Notes: a model not told the origin generated them from the letters alone. DNA of 64,000 bases from an uncultured Clostridia bacterium (GCA_934149275.1 CAKPEG010000007.1:24-64023); one strand, 5' to 3'; positions 1-10,026 are shown, counted from the first letter of the stretch. Made by a program: numbers and translations.

Positions 1-734
1 AAAAAGCTAACATATCTGAAATTGCTCAAAAAGAGAAAATTGGACTTGAAGAAGCAGGAAGAAATGTAAGATATAATTTTTTCGAAGAGGTTCTAAAAAA
101 TACAGAATCAAATAAAATAGCGATAGCACATAATTTAAATGACAAAGTAGAAACTATAATAATGAATACTTTAAGAGGAAGTGGAGTTTCAGGATTAAAA
201 GGAATTGAAGCAAAAAGAAAAAAATATATAAGACCATTAATTGAAATAGAAAGATATGAAATAGAAAAATATTGCATAGAAAATAAAATCAATCCAAGAC
301 ATGATGAATCAAATGATGAAAATACATACACAAGAAATAAAATTAGAAATATTGTAATTCCATATATAAAAAATGAATTCAATCCAAATATTATTAAAAC
401 TTTAAATAGACTATCTGAAATTATAAAAGAAGAAGATGAATATGTACAAAGCGAAACGGAGAAAATATTTAAAGAAATATTATTAACAGATGAGAAAAAT
501 AAAATAGAGTTTGATCCAAGAAAGTTTAATGAACAAGAAAAGGTAATTCAAAAAAATTTGATTTTACTGGCTATAAAAAAAGTAAACGGTTCAACTCAAG
601 GAATTGAAAAAGTAAACATAGATGACATTATAAAATTATGTAATAATAACATTGGAAATAAACTGATTCGTCCAACCAAACAGCTAGAAATAGGCATAAA
701 GAACAAGAGAATATATATCAAAAATATTATATAG
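1..734 (+). CDS. tilS: tRNA(Ile)-lysidine synthase, C-terminal part (5' end lies outside the window)
   Basis: Frame 3 is open from nt 3. Translation reads ...NKIAIAHNLNDKVETIIMNTLRGSGVSGLKGI...KYIRPLIEIERYEIEKYC, typical of TilS. The ORF track shows only the part after internal Met 162. The tilS-ftsH neighbourhood is common in Firmicutes. Confidence 0.8.
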   Translation, partial: KANISEIAQKEKIGLEEAGRNVRYNFFEEVLKNTESNKIAIAHNLNDKVETIIMNTLRGSGVSGLKGIEAKRKKYIRPLIEIERYEIEKYCIENKINPRHDESNDENTYTRNKIRNIVIPYIKNEFNPNIIKTLNRLSEIIKEEDEYVQSETEKIFKEILLTDEKNKIEFDPRKFNEQEKVIQKNLILLAIKKVNGSTQGIEKVNIDDIIKLCNNNIGNKLIRPTKQLEIGIKNKRIYIKNII

Positions 735-818
735 ATTACAATAATATTTCAATTTCAAAAATCTAGTTGTAAATAAAAAACAGTTATGCTATATTAAAAT
801 AGAATAAATATTTATAGC

Positions 819-2645
819 ATGCTAAGGAGGAAATATATTTTGAAAAGTGGAATTAAAAAAGTTGCAATGTGGCTTGTATTATTGATTATATTCATAATGA
901 TAATATCAGCTATTAGCGGAAATATGTATAAGAAAATGACATATTCAGAACTACTAAAAAATATAAAAGAAGAAAAAGTTGAAACAATTCAAATTGAGGA
1001 AGATAACAAAACAGCAAGTGTAAAAATAAAAGATGATGATATTGAAAAAACAGTTACAATACCAAGCCTAGACACATTCATTGATAAAATATCTGATCAA
1101 TTAACAGATGGAAAAATTGAACTTTCACAAGTGGAAGAATCTAAGTTTTTAAATATTTTAGAAGCTTTTGGGCCAACAATTTTATTGATGGTATTCATAT
1201 TCTTTATATGGGTAATGTTTATGAATCCAAATTCACAAGGCGGAAACAAAACAATGTCTTTTGGAAAGTCAAAAGCTAGAATGATGACACCTGCTGATAA
1301 AAATAAAATAACATTCGCAGATGTAGCTGGAATTGAAGAAGAAAAACAAGAATTAGAAGAGATTGTAGAATTTTTAAAAAATCCTAAAAAGTTCACAGAT
1401 ATGGGAGCTAGAATTCCAAAAGGAGTTTTACTAGTAGGACACCCAGGAACAGGTAAAACTTTACTTGCAAAAGCTGTTGCCGGAGAAGCTGGAGTACCAT
1501 TCTTTATAATAAGTGGTTCAGACTTCGTAGAAATGTTCGTTGGTGTCGGTGCTTCAAGAGTTAGAGATTTATTTGAACAAGCAAAGAAAAATGCACCATG
1601 TATTGTATTTATAGATGAGATTGATGCAGTTGGACGTCAAAGAGGAGCAGGGCTTGGTGGAGGACATGATGAAAGAGAACAAACATTAAACCAATTACTT
1701 GTTGAAATGGACGGATTCGCACCAAACGAAGGTGTTATCGTATTAGCTGCAACAAATAGGCCAGATGTATTAGATAAAGCTCTATTAAGAGCAGGAAGAT
1801 TTGATAGACAAATTGTTGTTGCACCACCTGATGTAAAAGCAAGAGAACAAATTTTAAAAGTACATGCTAAAAAGAAAAAAATGGCTGAAGATGTTGACTT
1901 AGGAACAATAGCTAAAAACACAGCTGGATTTGTTGGAGCAGATCTTGAAAACATTTTAAATGAAGCAGCATTAGTTGCAGCAAAACGTGACGAAAAAGAA
2001 ATCACAATGAAAGATATCGAAGATGCAATGATAAAAGTTACAATGGGACCTGAGAAAAAATCAAAAGTAATAAGCAGTAAAGAAAGAAAACTTGTTGCAT
2101 TCCACGAAGCAGGTCATGCAGTTGTAAGTAAATTCTTGCCAACACAAGATCCAGTACATCAAATTTCAATCGTTCCTAGAGGAATGGCTGGGGGATATAC
2201 AATGTATAGACCAACAGAAGATAAATCATTTATGTCAAAAACAGAAATGGAAGAAAATATTGTATCACTACTTGGAGGAAGAGTTGCAGAACAATTAGTT
2301 TTAGGAGATATCTCAACAGGTGCAAGTAACGATATTGAAAGAGCTTCAAAAATAGCAAGAGATATGGTTACTAAATATGGTATGAGCAGCAAGATAGGAA
2401 CAATTACATTTGGGACAGGTCAAGAAGAAGTTTTCTTAGGAAGAGATTTCGGACATACACAAAATTATAGTGAAGCTACTTCATCAGAAATTGATACAGA
2501 AGTAAAAGCAATAATAGATAAAGCATATAGAACAGCAGAACAAATTCTAAATATGAATATGGATAAATTGACAAAAGTTGCAAATATCTTAATTGAAAAA
2601 GAAAAAATCGAAGGCGACGAATTTGATGCAATTTTTAATTCGTAA
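819..2645 (+). CDS. ftsH: ATP-dependent zinc metalloprotease FtsH
   Basis: Two N-terminal TM segments, Walker [19 protein letters not shown], Walker [10 protein letters not shown], zinc motif HEAGHAV. The true start is probably TTG 840, 9 nt after AAGGAGG (824-830). Confidence 0.97.
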   Translation: MLRRKYILKSGIKKVAMWLVLLIIFIMIISAISGNMYKKMTYSELLKNIKEEKVETIQIEEDNKTASVKIKDDDIEKTVTIPSLDTFIDKISDQLTDGKIELSQVEESKFLNILEAFGPTILLMVFIFFIWVMFMNPNSQGGNKTMSFGKSKARMMTPADKNKITFADVAGIEEEKQELEEIVEFLKNPKKFTDMGARIPKGVLLVGHPGTGKTLLAKAVAGEAGVPFFIISGSDFVEMFVGVGASRVRDLFEQAKKNAPCIVFIDEIDAVGRQRGAGLGGGHDEREQTLNQLLVEMDGFAPNEGVIVLAATNRPDVLDKALLRAGRFDRQIVVAPPDVKAREQILKVHAKKKKMAEDVDLGTIAKNTAGFVGADLENILNEAALVAAKRDEKEITMKDIEDAMIKVTMGPEKKSKVISSKERKLVAFHEAGHAVVSKFLPTQDPVHQISIVPRGMAGGYTMYRPTEDKSFMSKTEMEENIVSLLGGRVAEQLVLGDISTGASNDIERASKIARDMVTKYGMSSKIGTITFGTGQEEVFLGRDFGHTQNYSEATSSEIDTEVKAIIDKAYRTAEQILNMNMDKLTKVANILIEKEKIEGDEFDAIFNS

Positions 2646-2664
2646 AAACGAAATAAATCGAAAA

Positions 2665-2697
2665 ATACACCTTATAAAAAATAAGGTGTATTTTTTT
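2665..2697 (+). terminator. Rho-independent terminator after ftsH
   Basis: ATACACCTTA / TAAGGTGTAT stem followed by T7. Confidence 0.8.
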
Positions 2698-3101
2698 ATG
2701 CACTTAATATAAAAATTCGTAATATAGGCAAAATAATTTAAAATTAAGTATAAAGAATACGAACCAATAAGAAGAAATAGATTAAAAACGATTTTTAGGA
2801 AAAATGCAAAAATAAATAAAAATACAAAAAATATAAAATTAGAGCAAAGATATGGTATAAAAGGAATACAAGTTGAAAAGATAAAAATTAATATTTAAAA
2901 AAATAACAAAAAACGATAAAAAATAAAAAAACGATTTTTTAAAAAAATAAAAAATGTAAAAGAATTGTAACATAAGTAGAGAAAATACTAGAGATATACG
3001 GAATATAGAAAGCAAATCCAAAAATTAGGAGATAAAAACCGGATGACGAATCCATTGAAATATAAGGATTTTTTAGCAAAGATTACATAACCTTTATGCA
3101 T

Positions 3102-3129
3102 TTGACATTATATTTTTGCGTGGTAAAAT
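3102..3129 (+). promoter_or_regulatory. Sigma-A type promoter of nrdDG
   Basis: TTGACA (3102-3107), 16-nt spacer, TGG-TAAAAT extended -10 (3121-3129), about 50 nt upstream of the nrdD start. Confidence 0.55.
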
Positions 3130-3178
3130 ACATTCAGTCGACGAAGAAAAGATAAAAAAACAAATAGGGGGAAAAATC

Positions 3179-5482
3179 ATGCAAGTAATTAAAAGAGATG
3201 GAAGAGTAGTAGAATTTAATCTAGAAAGAGTAGTAAAAGCAGTTACATTAGCAATGTCACAAACACCAGGAGGAGTAGATATAGATCTAGCAAACAAAAT
3301 AGCAGCAGATGTACAAAAGAAACTTGAAGATAAAAATCAAGCATCAGTATACGAAATTCAGGATTTAGTAGAAAAAAGATTAATGGCATCATCAAGAAAG
3401 GAAGTTGCACAAAGCTATATTACATATAGATACAACAGAGATGTTGCTAGAAAATCAAAAACAAAAGAAGTATTTTTAGATATCATTGGAGCAAAAGCAA
3501 ATGATATTACAAGAGAAAATGCAAACATGAATGCTGATACTCCAGCAGGAATGATGATGAAATTTGCATCAGAAACAACTAAACCATTTGTTGATGACTT
3601 CTTACTATCAAACGAAGCAAGACAAGCAATCAAAGATGGATATATACATGTTCACGACAAAGATTACTATCCTACAAAATCTTTAACTTGCTTACAACAC
3701 CCATTAGATAAAATATTAAAAAATGGTTTCAGAGCAGGACATGGTTCTTCAAGACCAGCAAAAAGAATTGAAACAGCAAGTATTATAGGATGTATTTCAA
3801 TGGAAACAGTACAAAATGAAATGCATGGAGGACAAGCTATACCAGCATTTGATTATTATTTAGCACCATATGTTAAATTAACATTCAAAGAAGAAATAAA
3901 GAAAATTGCAGAATTATTAGATAAAGATTTATCTAACCTACTTGATTATCAACCAAAAGATTATATAAAGAAAGATCTTAAAGGATTAAAAGGAGAAGAA
4001 AGAGATATTCAAGCAGCAATAAACAATACTGTTTCAAGAGTACACCAAGCTATGGAAGCATTTATACATAATATGAATACAATTCATTCAAGAGGTGGAA
4101 ACCAAGTTGTATTCAGCTCAATAAATTATGGAACTGATACATCAGCAGAAGGAAGATGCATCATAAGAGAAATACTTCTTTCAACAGAAAGAGGAGTTGG
4201 AAATGGTGAAACTCCAATATTCCCAATTCAAATTTGGAAAAAGAAAAGAGGAGTTAACTATTTAAAAAATGATCCAAACTATGATTTATATAAATTAGCA
4301 TGTAGAGTAACAGCCAAAAGATTCTTCCCAAATTTCATAAATCTAGATGCAACATTTAACCAAAACGAAAAATGGAAAGCAGACGATCCAAACAGATATC
4401 AATATGAATGTGCAACAATGGGATGCAGAACTAGAGTATTTGAAGATAGACACGGAGAAAAAACATCAATAGGAAGAGGAAATCTTTCATTTACAACAAT
4501 CAACTTACCAGGAATTGCAATTGAATCAGCTTTAGAAGCACAAGAAAAATGTGGAATATCATTTGAATTGGGAAGAGACAGCGAGAAAAATATGACAGCA
4601 ACATATAAAAAGACAGTTAAGAAAATATTCATGAGAAAATTAGAAAACGTTGCAGGAATTGCAGCAAGACAATTATATGATAGATATAAATTCCAATGCA
4701 CAGCGATTGCAAAACAATTCCCATTATTAATGTCTGGATTATGGGTAGGAAGTGAAGCTTTAGGACCAAATGATGAAGTAGAACCAGTATTAAAACATGG
4801 TACATTAGGAATTGGATTTATTGGATTAGCAGAAGCTTTAACAGCATTAACAGGCAAACATCATGCAGAATCAGAAGAATCACAAAAATTAGGTATAGAA
4901 ATAGTTAGTGAATTAAAAGAAATGGCAGCTGAATTTTCAGACAGATATGACTTAAACTATTCTGTTTTAGCAACACCAGCAGAAGGATTATCAGGAAGAT
5001 TCACTAAGATGGATAGAAGAAAATTCGGAACAATTTTAGGAGTAACAGATAGAGATTATTATACAAACAGCAACCACGTTCCAGTATGGTACAAATGTAC
5101 AGCTGAACAAAAAGCTAGAGTTGAAGCACCATATCATGATTTAACAAGAGGCGGACATATCTTCTATATTGAATTAGATGGAGATGCAACACACAATCCA
5201 GATTCAATTGAAGCAGTTGTTGATTTAATGGATAAATACAATATGGGATATGGAAGTGTAAACCATACAAGATCAAGATGCTTAAACTGCGGATTTGAAA
5301 ATGCAGATGCAAACTTAAAAGTTTGTCCAGAATGTGGAAGCACAGAAATTGACACAATTCAAAGAATTACAGGATATCTTGTTGGAACAACATCAAGATG
5401 GAACAATGGAAAATTAGCTGAACTAAGAGATAGAGTAACACACATTGGTGGAAACGATTGCGGAATGAAAGGTGCAGAATAA
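3179..5482 (+). CDS. nrdD: Anaerobic ribonucleoside-triphosphate reductase (class III RNR)
   Basis: ATP-cone N-terminus MQVIKRDGRVVEFNLERVVKAV; C-terminal Zn ribbon CLNCGF...CPECGS; glycyl-radical motif RITGYLVG. ATG 3179 is preceded by GGGGGA. The track ORF starts upstream at TTG 3116. Confidence 0.96.
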   Translation: MQVIKRDGRVVEFNLERVVKAVTLAMSQTPGGVDIDLANKIAADVQKKLEDKNQASVYEIQDLVEKRLMASSRKEVAQSYITYRYNRDVARKSKTKEVFLDIIGAKANDITRENANMNADTPAGMMMKFASETTKPFVDDFLLSNEARQAIKDGYIHVHDKDYYPTKSLTCLQHPLDKILKNGFRAGHGSSRPAKRIETASIIGCISMETVQNEMHGGQAIPAFDYYLAPYVKLTFKEEIKKIAELLDKDLSNLLDYQPKDYIKKDLKGLKGEERDIQAAINNTVSRVHQAMEAFIHNMNTIHSRGGNQVVFSSINYGTDTSAEGRCIIREILLSTERGVGNGETPIFPIQIWKKKRGVNYLKNDPNYDLYKLACRVTAKRFFPNFINLDATFNQNEKWKADDPNRYQYECATMGCRTRVFEDRHGEKTSIGRGNLSFTTINLPGIAIESALEAQEKCGISFELGRDSEKNMTATYKKTVKKIFMRKLENVAGIAARQLYDRYKFQCTAIAKQFPLLMSGLWVGSEALGPNDEVEPVLKHGTLGIGFIGLAEALTALTGKHHAESEESQKLGIEIVSELKEMAAEFSDRYDLNYSVLATPAEGLSGRFTKMDRRKFGTILGVTDRDYYTNSNHVPVWYKCTAEQKARVEAPYHDLTRGGHIFYIELDGDATHNPDSIEAVVDLMDKYNMGYGSVNHTRSRCLNCGFENADANLKVCPECGSTEIDTIQRITGYLVGTTSRWNNGKLAELRDRVTHIGGNDCGMKGAE

Positions 5483-5511
5483 ATTTTAAGAAAAACTAGG
5501 GGGAAAAAGCA

Positions 5512-6015
5512 ATGAAGATGGCAGGTTTTTATGATGAAAGTATATCAAACGGATTAGGATGGAGAGCAGTTTTATTTGTAAGCGGATGCCCTCATAATTG
5601 CCCTAATTGTCATAATAAAGCAGCACAAGATTATAATTATGGACAAGAATTTGACAAAGAATCAATAATAAAAAGAATTTGTGATAATTCAATTTTAAAA
5701 GGCATTACAATAAGTGGTGGAGAACCTCTTTGCAAAGAGAATATCAAAGAAGTAGCTGATTTTATAGAAGATGTAAAAAAGGTAAGACCAGAGTTCAATG
5801 TTTGGTGCTATAGTGGTTACACAATGGAGCAATTACAATCTAGAAATGATGAGACTACAAATAGAGCATTAAAAGATATTGATGTTTTAGTTGATGGTAG
5901 ATTTGTAGAGAGTATGAAAAAGCCTAATTTAAAATTCAGAGGTTCAGAGAATCAAAGAATTATAAATGTGCCGGAATCATTGAAAGTTCATAAAGTTGTT
6001 AGTTTAGATATATAA
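5512..6015 (+). CDS. nrdG: Anaerobic RNR activating protein (radical SAM)
   Basis: CPHNCPNCHN radical-SAM cluster motif, about 167 aa, immediately downstream of nrdD. Confidence 0.93.
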   Translation: MKMAGFYDESISNGLGWRAVLFVSGCPHNCPNCHNKAAQDYNYGQEFDKESIIKRICDNSILKGITISGGEPLCKENIKEVADFIEDVKKVRPEFNVWCYSGYTMEQLQSRNDETTNRALKDIDVLVDGRFVESMKKPNLKFRGSENQRIINVPESLKVHKVVSLDI

Positions 6016-6023
6016 TTATTTTC

Positions 6024-6066
6024 AAGGCATATTGGCAAATTAATTTGCTAATATGCCTTTATTTAT
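6024..6066 (+). terminator. Rho-independent terminator after nrdG
   Basis: AAGGCATATTGGCAAAT / ATTTGCTAATATGCCTT 17-bp stem followed by a T-rich tail. Confidence 0.8.
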
Positions 6067-6230
6067 ATAATAGGAAAGTCATGCTGACTTTTCTATTATA
6101 TAAAAAGTTGCACAGAAAATTTATAAAATAAATTTTCGCACTCGAACAAATTTACTGAAAATTTCAATTTTATAGAAAAAGTATAAAGAGTAGAGTAAAG
6201 ACTGAAAATTGAAAATTTTCAGATTTGTTC
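6064..6230 (+). repeat. Intergenic repeat family C, copy C1
   Basis: Hairpin TATATAATAGGAAAGTCA/TGACTTTTCTATTATATA. Conserved core GCACAGAAAATTTATAAAATAAATTTTCGCACTCGAACAAA (6110-6150). A long inverted repeat GAACAAATTTACTGAAAATTTCAATTTT / AAAATTGAAAATTTTCAGATTTGTTC follows. Related copies at 12113, 27585 and 51641. Confidence 0.75.
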
Positions 6231-6252
6231 TTACATATCCAATACTAGAATA

Positions 6253-6377
6253 AAAAATATTATATCTAATTTTTGAATGACGCGCAGTTTGAAAGTTTTT
6301 ACCTAGCCTTCTAAATAAAGTTTAGTAGGCGGTAAAATCTTTTAGCAAGAAATGAAAAAATTAGATATAATATTTTT
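6253..6377 (+). repeat. Intergenic repeat family A, copy A1 (about 125-nt foldback element)
   Basis: Perfect 22-nt inverted arms AAAAATATTATATCTAATTTTT (6253-6274) / AAAAATTAGATATAATATTTTT (6356-6377) flank a core that is nearly identical to 43117-43194. Confidence 0.85.
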
Positions 6378-6393
6378 ATAGATAGAATTCTAA

Positions 6394-6560
6394 CAGAAAA
6401 AAGTCATATTAAATTTTTGAACCACCGCGCAGGGACCAAACGAGCGAAGCGAGTTCGATTGAAGCATTCTACCCGATGCAAAATAAAAATTGTAAATTTT
6501 TATTTTGTGATTTAAAGAATGCGCCAGCAAGGTGTGAGAAAATTAATATGACTTTTTCTG
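6394..6560 (+). repeat. Intergenic repeat family B, copy B1 (about 167-nt foldback element)
   Basis: Left end CAGAAAAAAGTCATATTAAATTTTTGAACCACCGCGCAG pairs with right end GCGCCAGCAAGGTGTGAGAAAATTAATATGACTTTTTCTG. There is an internal AT hairpin CAAAATAAAAAT/ATTTTTATTTTG. Related copies at 13551 and 43026. Confidence 0.85.
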
Positions 6561-6690
6561 TGTAAACACTATAGATATTATATTGATTTTTATACTTTGT
6601 ATTAAAAATGAAATAAAATTGTAAAAAATTATGTAACCTTTGAAGGATTTAAGAGGTTTGTGTCGAATATTAATAAAAGAAAGGAATAAA

Positions 6691-8370
6691 ATGGTACGAT
6701 ATAGTGAAGAATTAATTGATGAAATTAGATCCTCAAACGATATAGTAGATACAATATCACAATATGTAACATTAAAAAGAAGTGGAAGAAATTTTTTTGG
6801 ACTATGTCCATTTCATAAAGAAAAATCTCCTTCTTTTTCTGTTTCACCAGATAAGCAAATATTTCATTGCTTTGGATGTGGCGTTGGAGGAAATGTAATT
6901 CATTTTATAAGTAAGATTGAAAATTTAGATTTTAGAGAAACCCTTGAATTTTTAGCTGAGCGTGCAGGTATAGAACTACCAACATCAGAAAATGATCAAT
7001 ATAACAAGCGTCAATTCCTAAAAGATAAAGTATACAAAATTAACGAAGAAACAGCAAAATTTTATCATGAAAATTTATATAAACCTACAGCCAAACCAGC
7101 TCAGGAATATGTAAAAACTAGAAAACTAAATAATACAACATTAAAATCTTTTCTAATTGGATATTCAGGAACATATAACGAATTATATAAACATCTTAAA
7201 CAAAAAGGATTTACGGATGAAGAAATTTTAGCATCAAGTTTAGTTAACAGAAACGATAGAGGCCAATTTATTGATAGATTTAGACATAGGCTAATGATAC
7301 CAATAATGGATATAAGAGGAAAAGTTATAGCTTTTGGTGGAAGAGTTTTGGACAAGTCATTACCAAAATATATAAATTCACCAGAAAATATAGTTTATTC
7401 TAAAGGCAGAAATTTATTTGGATTAAATATAGCTAAAAAAGGAAATCTTGACAAAATTGTTATAGTTGAAGGATACATGGATGCGATTTCATTGTATCAA
7501 AGAGGAATAACAAATGTTGTAGCTTCACTTGGAACTGCATTAACTGAAGCTCAAGGAAGATTACTTAGAAAATATGCAGGACAAGTTATAATAAGCTATG
7601 ACTCAGATGCAGCAGGACAAGCAGCCACAATGAGAGGTTTGGAAATTCTTAAAAATTTAGGATGTGATGTTAGAATACTTCAAATGGAAGGTGCAAAAGA
7701 TCCTGATGAATATGTTATTAAGTATGGAAGTGGCGGTTTTAATTTATTAATTGAAAAAGCAATTTCACTTGTTGAATTTAAAGTAAAGGTGTTAAAAAAC
7801 AAATACAATTTGGAAAACACAAACGATAAAATAAAATTTTTACAAGAAATCGCTAAGATATTAGTAAACGTAGAAAGCCAAATAGAGTTAGAAATTCAAA
7901 TTGACAATATATCAAGAGATTATGGTATATCAAAAGAAGCTGTTTATGCAGAAATTAATAAAATAAAATATGTAAACAAAAGCAAAGAAATTGAAACTGA
8001 AACTAAAGTTAAACCAACCATAGTCAGAAAACAAGAAAAAAATGTTGATGAAGCCACAATAAGAAGAGAAAATGTGATAATTTACTTACTTATAAATGGA
8101 AATGATCAAAACAGACAAATAATAAAAAATAATATAAAAAAAGAAGATTTAAAATATCAATTGAACCAACAAATTATAGAAAAAATTTATGAGGCAATTG
8201 ATGATAAAAAAGAAATAACTAATATACTTGATTCTATGGAAGAAAAAGAATTAATCAGTCATTTAACAAAAATAATGGCAGATGATTATGAAATATCAGA
8301 TATAGATAAGTGCATAGAAGATATAATTAATAGTTATACTAAAGATAAACTTATTCGGAAGACGAAATGA
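6691..8370 (+). CDS. dnaG: DNA primase, apparently truncated by a 1-nt frameshift near its 3' end
   Basis: Zn finger CPFHKEKSPSFSVSPDKQIFHCFGCGVGGN; TOPRIM EGYMD...DSDAAG. ATG 6691 follows AAAGGAA. The stop at 8368-8370 precedes an out-of-frame, DnaG-like terminal helix (see 8357-8473). Confidence 0.93.
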   Translation: MVRYSEELIDEIRSSNDIVDTISQYVTLKRSGRNFFGLCPFHKEKSPSFSVSPDKQIFHCFGCGVGGNVIHFISKIENLDFRETLEFLAERAGIELPTSENDQYNKRQFLKDKVYKINEETAKFYHENLYKPTAKPAQEYVKTRKLNNTTLKSFLIGYSGTYNELYKHLKQKGFTDEEILASSLVNRNDRGQFIDRFRHRLMIPIMDIRGKVIAFGGRVLDKSLPKYINSPENIVYSKGRNLFGLNIAKKGNLDKIVIVEGYMDAISLYQRGITNVVASLGTALTEAQGRLLRKYAGQVIISYDSDAAGQAATMRGLEILKNLGCDVRILQMEGAKDPDEYVIKYGSGGFNLLIEKAISLVEFKVKVLKNKYNLENTNDKIKFLQEIAKILVNVESQIELEIQIDNISRDYGISKEAVYAEINKIKYVNKSKEIETETKVKPTIVRKQEKNVDEATIRRENVIIYLLINGNDQNRQIIKNNIKKEDLKYQLNQQIIEKIYEAIDDKKEITNILDSMEEKELISHLTKIMADDYEISDIDKCIEDIINSYTKDKLIRKTK

Positions 8371-8473
8371 AATATTAACAAAATTAGATGAAAAAAATAG
8401 CACAAAAGAAGAAACAGCAAGTCTTGAAAAAGAGCTAAATGAAATTATATTGAAATTAGCGAAAATGAAATAG
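8357..8473 (+). other. Out-of-frame continuation of the dnaG C-terminus (+1 frame)
   Basis: The +1 frame reads [38 protein letters not shown] and ends at TAG 8471-8473, which overlaps the sigA RBS AGGAGG. Deleting A8362 gives ...KDKLIRKRNEILTKL... Confidence 0.6.
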
Positions 8474-8483
8474 GAGGTTAACG

Positions 8484-9797
8484 ATGAGCGCATCTAAAAA
8501 AGAAGAAATAGAAAACGAACAATTAGAAATAGAAATATCATCACCAAAAAAGAAAACAGAAAAAGCTCCAAAAGTTAAAAAAGAAGAAAAAACAGTAGAT
8601 AAAAAAGATAAAAAAGAAACAACAGAAAAAAAAGAAGATAAAGCTGAAAATAAAAAAGAAGAAGGAAAAAAGAAAGCAAAAGAAATTAAAAAAATAGAAA
8701 ATCCAAAAACTGAGGAAGAGATTGCAAACAATAAAGTTTACAACATCTTAAAAAAAGCAAAGGAAAATGGAAAAATAACATATGGCGAACTTGCAAGTCA
8801 ATTAGGAGATGTAACACCAGATCAAATAGATAAAGTATTTGATGTATTCGAAGAATTGGGCGTTGACGTTCTAAAAGACGATACAGATGATGAGCCAGAT
8901 ATAGAAGACTTAGAAGAAGTTGAAGAAATCAAATTAGACGACATGAACGCTACATCAATGGAAGGAATAAGCGTTGATGATCCAGTAAGAATGTATTTAA
9001 GAGAAATAGGTAGAATACCATTACTAACATTTGATGAAGAATTAGATTTAGCCAAAAGAATTCTTGAAAACGATGAAGAAGCTAAGCAAAAACTTGCAGA
9101 ATCAAACTTAAGATTGGTTGTAAGTATTGCTAAAAAATATGTGGGTAGAGGTATGCTATTCCTTGACTTAATCCAAGAAGGAAACATGGGATTAATCAAA
9201 GCTGTAGAAAAATTTGATTACACAAAAGGTTTCAAATTTAGTACTTATGCAACATGGTGGATTAGACAAGCTATAACAAGAGCTATAGCAGATCAAGCAA
9301 GAACAATAAGAATACCAGTTCACATGGTTGAAACAATAAATAAATTAATAAGAACATCTAGACACTTATTACAACAATTAGGTAGAGAGCCTACCCCAGA
9401 AGAAATTGCAAAAGAAATGGATATGCCAGTTGAAAAAGTTATGGAAATTCAAAAAATTGCACAAGATCCAGTTTCACTTGAAACACCAATTGGAGAAGAA
9501 GATGATAGCCATTTAGGAGATTTTATTCCTGATGATGAATCACCAGCACCACAAGACTCAGCAGCATACACATTATTAAAAGAGCAATTAGAAGAAGTAA
9601 TGCAAACATTAACACCTAGAGAAGCTAAAGTATTAAAGCTAAGATTTGGACTAGAAGACGGAAAAGCAAGAACACTAGAAGAAGTAGGTAGAGAATTTAA
9701 AGTAACTCGTGAGAGAATAAGACAAATTGAAGCAAAAGCATTACGTAAATTAAGACATCCAAGTAGAAGCAAGAGATTAAAAGATTATATGAGCTAA
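8484..9797 (+). CDS. sigA: Primary RNA polymerase sigma factor (sigma-70/SigA) with K/E-rich N-terminal extension
   Basis: Regions 2-4 are conserved ([27 protein letters not shown]; [30 protein letters not shown]). dnaG-sigA operon order. Confidence 0.97.
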   Translation: MSASKKEEIENEQLEIEISSPKKKTEKAPKVKKEEKTVDKKDKKETTEKKEDKAENKKEEGKKKAKEIKKIENPKTEEEIANNKVYNILKKAKENGKITYGELASQLGDVTPDQIDKVFDVFEELGVDVLKDDTDDEPDIEDLEEVEEIKLDDMNATSMEGISVDDPVRMYLREIGRIPLLTFDEELDLAKRILENDEEAKQKLAESNLRLVVSIAKKYVGRGMLFLDLIQEGNMGLIKAVEKFDYTKGFKFSTYATWWIRQAITRAIADQARTIRIPVHMVETINKLIRTSRHLLQQLGREPTPEEIAKEMDMPVEKVMEIQKIAQDPVSLETPIGEEDDSHLGDFIPDDESPAPQDSAAYTLLKEQLEEVMQTLTPREAKVLKLRFGLEDGKARTLEEVGREFKVTRERIRQIEAKALRKLRHPSRSKRLKDYMS

Positions 9798-9818
9798 AGA
9801 AAAGGAGTGATTGCAGAA

Positions 9819-9974
9819 ATGGAAAAAAGACATATTGAAATAGTTCCAGGGAACGGAGATTTAAATATATCTCCAGCTGAAGATCACATAAATGATATAG
9901 TTGAAAAGAAAGAAAAACCTAAAAAAGAAGATATAGTAATCCCCAAAACTAGGGACGAAGAAGATAAAAAATAA
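9819..9974 (+). CDS. Small hypothetical protein (51 aa), not in the ORF track
   Basis: ATG 9819 lies 11 nt after AAAGGAG. Translation MEKRHIEIVPGNGDLNISPAEDHINDIVEKKEKPKKEDIVIPKTRDEEDKK. It sits between the sigA stop and a 20-bp hairpin. No family recognised. Confidence 0.35.
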   Translation: MEKRHIEIVPGNGDLNISPAEDHINDIVEKKEKPKKEDIVIPKTRDEEDKK

Positions 9975-9983
9975 GTATTTAAT

Positions 9984-10026
9984 CTTATATACCTGGGCAC
10001 AATTTAATTGTGTTCAGGCATATAAG
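9984..10026 (+). terminator. Long hairpin closing the dnaG-sigA operon (no clear U-tract)
   Basis: CTTATATACCTGGGCACAAT / ATTGTGTTCAGGCATATAAG: about 20 bp with two G-U pairs and one mismatch. Confidence 0.4.

Noticed and set aside
2839-3021. 60-aa minus-strand ORF in the ftsH-nrdD intergenic region
   Set aside because: The translation is F/L/Y/I-rich, arising from A/T homopolymer runs. There is no RBS and no terminator logic, so it is almost certainly non-coding AT-rich spacer.
2700-3101. Looked for NrdR boxes or a cobalamin riboswitch upstream of nrdD; also noticed repeated AAAAACGAT words
   Set aside because: I found no convincing 16-bp NrdR palindrome (acaCwAtATaTwGtgt) and no B12-box-like conserved core. 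The AAAAACGAT words are short and expected by chance in such A-rich DNA.
6253-6560. Considered classifying repeat families A/B as MITEs or IS ends
   Set aside because: There are no flanking direct target-site duplications and no transposase in the window. The terminal arms differ between copies while staying self-complementary, which is the opposite of conserved TIRs. The mobile-element idea is kept only as an alternative hypothesis.
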